A DNA stretch of 15,274 nucleotides from Octopus sinensis (Eukaryota): positions 1-15,274 of the forward strand of contig NW_021825436.1 of the NCBI RefSeq assembly GCF_006345805.1. Reading direction: 5' to 3'. Below, in pieces: positions 9,613-15,274 of the stretch. A program made the position numbers and the translations under genes. How positions within the stretch are numbered: position 1 is the first letter of the stretch; every line of letters starts with the position of its first letter. Below the pieces are notes generated by a model, which ran no database searches, had not been told where the DNA came from, and worked only from the letters and a program-made list of their open reading frames with translations.

Positions 9613-9770
9613 AGTAAAGAGGATTGGCATTTGTGGTATTTGGTGCAGTTCTAAACAATGTAGGTTCAAATCATACTGAAGTCGTATTGCCTTTCACATG
9701 ACCAAGCTATTAGCCAAGAACTGGCATTAATTCCCTATAATCACTGGTCTCGTGCCTCTAAATCAGAAAT
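9613..9770 (+). mobile_element. Very degraded SINE family A remnant
   Basis: GGTTCAAATCATACTGAAGTCGTATTGCCTTTCA and the 3' piece GGTCTCGTGCCT..AGAAAT. Confidence 0.45.
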
Positions 9771-9839
9771 TACTAGTACAGCAGATTAGCAAATTCATCT
9801 TGTCAGGATATTGAACTTTCTATTTATAAATATATTTAT

Positions 9840-10280
9840 GGTGAAAGCACATACCTCAGTCTTGAGGTAGTGAGTTCGATTCCCAGGCTGGACTGTGTGT
9901 TGTATTCTTAGGCAAGACACCTTATTTCACGTTGATCCAATTAACTCAGGTATAGCAATGAGTTGCAACACCACTAGTGCCAAGCTGTATTGGCCCCTTT
10001 GCCATTCCCTTGGATAACATTGGTGGCATGGAGAGGAAAGGCTGGTCTTCCATAAACAACCTTGCCTGGATTTGTGTCTTGGAGGGGAGCATTCTGGGTG
10101 CAATCCCATGGTGCCTCATGACTGAAGGGGATCTTTACCGTTTGCCCTATGTACATATAATGGCATGGAGAGGAGAGGACGGTCTTCCATAAACAACCTT
10201 GCTTGGACTTCTGTCTTGGAGGGAAACATTCTGGGTGCAATCCCATGGTGCTTCATGACTGAAGGGGTCTTTACCCTTTT
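9840..10280 (+). mobile_element. SINE family D (B-box, CORE-like segment) with tandemly duplicated 3' portion
   Basis: GAGTTCGATTCCC B-box; TGTGTTGTATTCTTAGGCAAGACACCTTA CORE-like segment; 10024-10143 is repeated at 10161-10279. Confidence 0.65.
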
Positions 10281-10465
10281 TACGTATTAGTTATAAAGAT
10301 TCAGTAGAATCTAGGCACACCAACATGTAGGACACAAGAAATGGCTGGGTGTGATAACTCCAATTTAAACTGTAGATCTGATTCTGGGGTCAATCCTTAA
10401 TGTGGTCTAATTACAAAAAGAAGACATAAACAGGGTTTAAAATTTATGACAGCTATTTCAGTAAA

Positions 10466-10728
10466 ATCATTGTTTAATGTTCACCTTCCATACTGGCATG
10501 GATGGGATGGTTTGACAAAAGCTGGCCAGGCAGAAACCAGCACCAGATTTCTGTAACTGCTTTGGCAGGATCTTTACAGCTAGATGCCCTTCCTAACACC
10601 AACCACTCAGCAAAGTGGACTTGGTGCTTTTTACCTGGCACAAACACAGGTGAGGTCAGTTTTGGCAAGGTTTTTACAGCTGGATGCCTTTCCAAATGCC
10701 AACCACTTTACTGTGTGGACTGGGTGAT
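10466..10728 (-). mobile_element. SINE family C-related copy with duplicated central domain
   Basis: TTTAATGTTCACCTTCCATACTGGCATGGATGGGATGGTTTGAC is the reverse-complemented family C 3' end. The TTTACAGCT.GATGCC.TTCC.AA..CCAACCACT block occurs twice, 100 bp apart. Confidence 0.78.
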
Positions 10729-11204
10729 ATGTATATATGTATGTATATATATATATGTGTGTATGCATATATGTATATGGGGTGTTGCGTCTCAAAGAGC
10801 TAAATCTCACAAAATAGATAAGACATTTCATCTTAATTGATGAAACATTGCGCCAAAGAAAACCCAGCCAACCCACATAGTCATGTTGGCGAATGGCTGT
10901 AAATAAGAAGACAACAACAACAACAACAACAAAAACTGATGACTGATGGTGATGAGTGATGATGATGATGATGACCATGAAACTGACGATGACAACAACG
11001 ACAATGACGCTGATGATTCCTCTAATTAGATCTATTATATCTATTGATTGCATTTCAGAATAAATTTAATGGCTGAATGTTTTAAATATGAAAGACAGAA
11101 TGAAAGGAAGAAAATTAAGAATTTTCCTTTGGAATGAAACATTTAACAGTTTTCATTTCATAATCACGTTATTTACGAAGTCTTCTTAACTTCATCTTCT
11201 AGTT

Positions 11205-11358
11205 TCATCATCATCACCATCATCTTCATCATCATCATCATTATTAATATTATTATCATTATTATTATTATTATCATTATTATTATTATTATCATTATTA
11301 TTATTATTATCATTATTATTATTATTATTACGATTATTATTATTATTATTATTATTAT
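11205..11358. repeat. (CAT)n grading into (ATT)n with an 18-nt higher-order period
   Basis: ATC interruptions at 11255, 11273, 11291 and 11309. Confidence 0.92.
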
Positions 11359-11804
11359 TTTGTCCAAAACAGACCTATGTCCTCTGATGTTTATTTTTAG
11401 CAGTTTTCGGAACAATTCTTGAATAGAACTTTTATTAGTATTCTTCAGAGTTTCTGTTTTACTCGCTTTCATTTTGGGTTTTTTTGGGTTTTTTTTCTCT
11501 TTGATGAAAAAAGTTCTTAATTAAATTAAATCGAATGAAAATCATGTATATTGATAAATACTAGAATTTTATTGAAGAATTCTGTTGAAAAATGAGGATT
11601 GGCTCAAGACGAATTTCGAAACAGGAAAAATCAAAACAGAAGAAAAAAAAATTATCAAAAAATATGTAAACAAATCAATAAATATGAGAGTTCAATGGTT
11701 TTAATTTGGAAGAGATTAACTTGAAATAAGCTCCAAAAATATATTTTTGTATAAATTTATCACAAAATTAACTATTTCTTCTCATGCTTCAAATAAATTA
11801 TGAA

Positions 11805-12143
11805 CCTCTCTCTCTCTTCTTCTCTCTTTCTCCTCCTTCTTTCTTCTTCTTTTCACTCTCTCCTCTCTCTCTTATTTTTCTTCTCTCTCTCTTTCTCTCT
11901 CCATTTATATCTATATGTGTGTGTATATATATATATATATTATAATATATATATATATATATATATAATATACATATATATATATAATATACACATACAT
12001 ATATACACATATACATATATACATATATAAAGATGTGTGTATTTATGTATGTATACGCACACACATATAAATATGCATACATATGTGTCTGTATGTATGT
12101 ATATGCATATATGCATATATATATATATATATATATAATACAC

Positions 12144-12180
<37 letters not shown>

Positions 12181-12340
12181 GATAAGTATGTATATGTATA
12201 TATAGTTATAAAGATACAAATATAGATATGCATATATGTGTATGTGTGCATATATACATATATATATATATATAAGTATATATAATAAAGATTTGAATAA
12301 ACATATATGTATATATATATATATGTGTGTGTGAGTGTAT
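11805..12340. repeat. Polypyrimidine (CT)n followed by (TA)n/(CA)n/(TG)n field
   Basis: Directly visible. Confidence 0.92.
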
Positions 12341-12978
12341 GTAGATGTTGAGATTCCTTTACCATGTCTGTTTATCTCTTTATTGTGTGTGTATGTGTAG
12401 TTCTATGTATGTGGTTGTTCATACATGTGTTGTTTGTTTATCATTTTTGGCTCTTCTTGTTTAGTTTTGTTTTTTGTTTGTTTCTCTTTCTTTTGTCTTT
12501 TTTTGGTTCACATTTCTTCATTTTGTTCTTTGTTTTATAATTCTCCAGTTTCGTAAGAGATTCTTTAATAAATCCTTTGATAGCGAAAACATTAAATACC
12601 AAAACCCGATTCAAGCTCCAACGCCCCCCCCCACCCCCATTCCTCACCCTCAACCCACACCCCGCCCAAGAAAACAAAGAATAGAATAGCCTCTTCATCT
12701 GCGAATCTTGAAGATAGCACGATGATGATGATGCTACTGGTGCTGCCCTCCACTGTTAGACCTATCTCCCAGATAATAGGTTACACACCTGAAATATTTG
12801 GTTCAATTCCAGTCATGTGATGTAATTCAACATATGTTTAACATTTGTGAAAATACTTGTTGTTATCTAGACATAACTCCCCCCCCACCGCCACCGCCGC
12901 CTACCGCTACCCTCTCCACACACACACACACACACACACCATTTGCTCCTCTTCCTTTTCCCCTTTTCTTTCTTTCAG

Positions 12979-13026
12979 GTATTTTCCACCCACCCCCACC
13001 CCCGCACAATGATGATGACATGGCAG
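12979..13026 (+). CDS. Candidate 48-nt alternative/initiating exon of the NAV gene (VFSTHPHPRTMMMTWQ)
   Basis: ~35-nt polypyrimidine tract and TTTCAG acceptor (AG at 12977-12978). Stop-free 16 codons ending CAG|GTTAAC in phase 0, compatible with the 15018 exon. The donor is weak and there is no transcript evidence. Confidence 0.3.
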
Positions 13027-13064
13027 GTTAACGTAGATTATCATCATAATAATCTTAATAATGA

Positions 13065-13187
13065 TATTTTTTGGGGTTTCGTAGGATTTATGTGGACAAT
13101 GGGTTACTACCTGTAACCCTAGGTACCCACAAGTTTTCAACAGTCTTTGAAGTGCTTAGAAACCTCCTGATAATCCTTGCTGGCCCT
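13065..13187 (-). mobile_element. Probable extreme 3' end of an R4/Dong-clade LINE next to (TAA)n
   Basis: Minus strand reads GPARIIRRFLS (13186-13154), like the terminal GTARI(I/L)RRVL motif. It is followed by a 7-bp stem-loop (13101-13119, GGGTTAC-N5-GTAACCC) and AT-rich triplets. Confidence 0.55.
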
Positions 13188-13240
13188 TTATTATTATTAT
13201 TATTATTATTGCTGTTGTTGTTGTTGTTGTGTTGTTGTAG

Positions 13241-13273
<33 letters not shown>
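13188..13273. repeat. (TTA)n(TTG)n microsatellite
   Basis: Directly visible. Confidence 0.95.
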
Positions 13274-13276
<3 letters not shown>

Positions 13277-13484
13277 TCTACTCTAGGCACAAGGCCCAAC
13301 ATTTTTGGGAAGGGGGCTAGTCGATTAGATTGATCCCAGTACGCAACTGTTACTTAATTTATCGACCCCAAAAAGATGAAAGGCAAAGTCAACCTTGGTG
13401 GAATTTGAACTCAGAACATAGAGGCAGACGAAATACCGCTCAGGCATTTCACCCAACTTGCTAATGTTTCTGCCAACTCACCTT
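13274..13484 (-). mobile_element. SINE family A, full length (left arm of inverted pair)
   Basis: Reverse complement reads AAGGTGAGTTGGCAGAAACATTAGC...TTCTGAGTTCAAATTCC...GACTTTGCCTTTCATCTTTT.GGGGTCGATAAATTAAGTA...GGCCTTGTGCCTAGAGTAGAAAA. Confidence 0.9.
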
Positions 13485-13580
13485 ATTACTATTATTATTA
13501 TTATTATTATCATCATCATCATCGTCATCATCATCATTATAATTATTATTATTGTTAATATTATTATTATTATTATTATT

Positions 13581-13794
13581 AAGGTGACGCCCTGGCAGAA
13601 TCGTTAGCATGCTGGGTGAAATGCTTAGCAGTATCTCGCAAATTGCTACGTCCTGAGTTCAAATTCCCCTGAGGTCGACTTTGCCTTTCATCTTTTCGGA
13701 GTCGATAAATTCAGTACCAATGAAACACTGGGGTTGATGTAATCGACTTGCCCCCTCCCCCAACATTTCAGACCTTGTACCTATAGTAGAAAAG
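13581..13794 (+). mobile_element. SINE family A, full length (right arm of inverted pair), flanked by (ATT)n on both sides
   Basis: AAGGTGACGCCCTGGCAGAATCGTTAGC...CTGAGTTCAAATTCC...GACTTTGCCTTTCATCTTTTCGGAGTCGATAAATT...CCTTGTACCTATAGTAGAAAAG. Triplet repeats at 13485-13580 and 13795-13940. Confidence 0.9.
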
Positions 13795-13860
13795 ATGATT
13801 ATTATTGTTATTATCATTAGTATTATTATGGAAAGCAGATGTTAAATAATAATAATAATA

Positions 13861-13909
<49 letters not shown>

Positions 13910-14103
13910 CATTATTATTATTATGATGATGATGATGATATGACTGTTTATGTATCATCACTGTTATTATTCTTGTTTTAACCATTGTCATTTTTAATTA
14001 CAACTAGAGAAGCAGAAAACCTTATATGGTCCTTCAATTTGCTTAAACATATTAAACGAATTTTCCCCATAAGTTGCACATTACGGTTTTAAAAAAATAA
14101 AGA

Positions 14104-14168
14104 ATATATATATATACATATACATATATATGTATGCATGTGTATGTAAAGTGCTTGGGCCTCCTTCA

Positions 14169-14206
<38 letters not shown>

Positions 14207-14218
14207 TGTGTGTGTATG

Positions 14219-14251
<33 letters not shown>

Positions 14252-14333
14252 TATAATATATATATACATGTGTGTGTATGGATATATATATATATATATA
14301 TATAATATATATATATATACATGTGTGTGTATG

Positions 14334-14381
<48 letters not shown>

Positions 14382-14440
14382 GATATATATATATATATAT
14401 ATAATATATATATAACATCATCATCATTTAACATATATAT
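14104..14440. repeat. (TA)n/(TG)n microsatellite field
   Basis: Directly visible. Confidence 0.93.
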
Positions 14441-14532
14441 CATCATCATCATTTAACATCCGCTTACCATGCTAGCATGGGTTGGACGATTTGACTGAGG
14501 TCTGGCAAACAAGACTCCAATCTGTTCTGGCA
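14441..14532 (-). mobile_element. SINE family C 3' end, internally deleted (left arm of inverted pair)
   Basis: CATCATCATTTAAC..CCATGCTAGCATGGGTTGGACGATTTGACTG and AGACTCCAATCTGTTCTGGCA are near reverse complements of 14796-14850 and 14750-14770. Confidence 0.85.
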
Positions 14533-14609
14533 GATATATATATATGTATATGTATATATATATATACAAAGATTGCTATTCACTACTAATGCTATTTTTC
14601 TCACTAATA

Positions 14610-14849
14610 CCGGTGTCACACAAATTGGCACCCATGCCAGTGGCATGCAAAAGCACCCCGGTGTCACACAAACTGTGCTGGTGGCACATAAAGCCACTCA
14701 TTACTCTCAATGGTTGGCATTAGGAAGAGCATCCAACCGCAGAAAACCATGCCAAATCAGATTGGAGTCTGGTGCAGCCTCCCAGCATGCTAGCCCAGTC
14801 AAACCGTCCAACCGATGCCAGCATGGACAATGTACGTTAAATGATGATA

Positions 14850-14886
<37 letters not shown>
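14610..14886 (+). mobile_element. SINE family C 3' portion with (GAT)n tail (right arm)
   Basis: Collinear with 5270-5465; internal direct repeat CCGGTGTCACACAAA at 14610 and 14658. Confidence 0.85.
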
Positions 14887-14888
<2 letters not shown>

Positions 14889-14974
14889 TAATATGTAACT
14901 ATATGTATATAAATTGATTTCTCATTAACAGCCAATTTAAAAATTTTATGCTGTGAAATATTGCTTGACCATTT

Positions 14975-15017
14975 TACCATTTCATCCTTTGACCCCGGTT
15001 TCATTTATTTTTTTCAG
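14975..15017 (+). promoter_or_regulatory. 3' splice site of the NAV exon
   Basis: TTTCATTTATTTTTTTCAG acceptor (AG at 15016-15017); possible branch point TTTGAC with A at 14992. Confidence 0.85.
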
Positions 15018-15135
15018 ATCTACACAGACTGGGCCAATCACTATTTAGAGAAAGCTCACAACAAGCGCTTCATTAGCGACCTACAGCAGGATGTCGGGGA
15101 TGGTGTCCTTCTGGCTGATGTCATAGAAGCTGTCA
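15018..15135 (+). CDS. NAV2: Internal coding exon of a neuron navigator (NAV2/NAV3/sickie/UNC-53 family) gene; first helices of the calponin-homology domain
   Basis: Encodes IYTDWANHYLEKAHNKRFISDLQQDVGDGVLLADVIEAV, matching the NAV signature IYTDWANHYL..K...KRLI.DLQQDV.DGVLLA..I..V. Canonical cag| acceptor and |GTAAGT donor (15136-15141); 118 nt, phase 0 to phase 1. The symbol denotes the family (NAV2/3-like), not one-to-one orthology. Confidence 0.95.
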
Positions 15136-15274
15136 GTAAGTAACACTCTTCACCTTATATTGAGAGAAAAAACAAATGAATAGAGAGGTCTGACAGGCTG
15201 CCTGTCAGTTTGTGCCAGTCATGGTTGTGACCTCGTGTGTTTTTGGGCCCCTCCTCCATTGAACTCTGCAAATT

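Noticed and set aside
10024-10279. CRISPR-like repeat-spacer-repeat
   Set aside because: Only two ~120-bp diverged units inside a SINE, in eukaryotic context with no cas genes.
14961-15143. 60-aa ORF as a complete gene
   Set aside because: Only 15018-15135 is homologous to NAV. The leading residues are the intronic pyrimidine tract and the end runs into the GTAAGT donor.

Overview
AT-rich, microsatellite-dense eukaryotic DNA. The repeat landscape ((TA)n, (ATT)n and (GAT)n arrays plus several tRNA-derived SINE families) looks like an octopod cephalopod genome; this is inferred, not proven. The only well-supported host coding sequence is a 118-nt exon at 15018-15135 (+) encoding the start of the calponin-homology domain of a neuron navigator (NAV/sickie/UNC-53) protein, so most of the window is probably intron or upstream sequence of that gene. 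Almost all ORFs in the track are microsatellite artefacts. Not shown in the track: a decayed R4/Dong-clade LINE endonuclease domain (1-480, -), a probable 3' terminus of the same clade (~13065-13187, -) and a TTAA-flanked piggyBac-type MITE (6070-6290). There are also about 15 SINE copies or fragments from at least 4 families. The most striking pattern is four 'tails-out' inverted arrangements of same-family SINE ends (3001-3263, 8464-8552, 13274-13794, 14441-14886), which would form hairpins in the pre-mRNA. A candidate 48-nt in-frame upstream exon (12979-13026) would supply MMMTWQ directly before IYTDW. SINE family labels A-D are mine.
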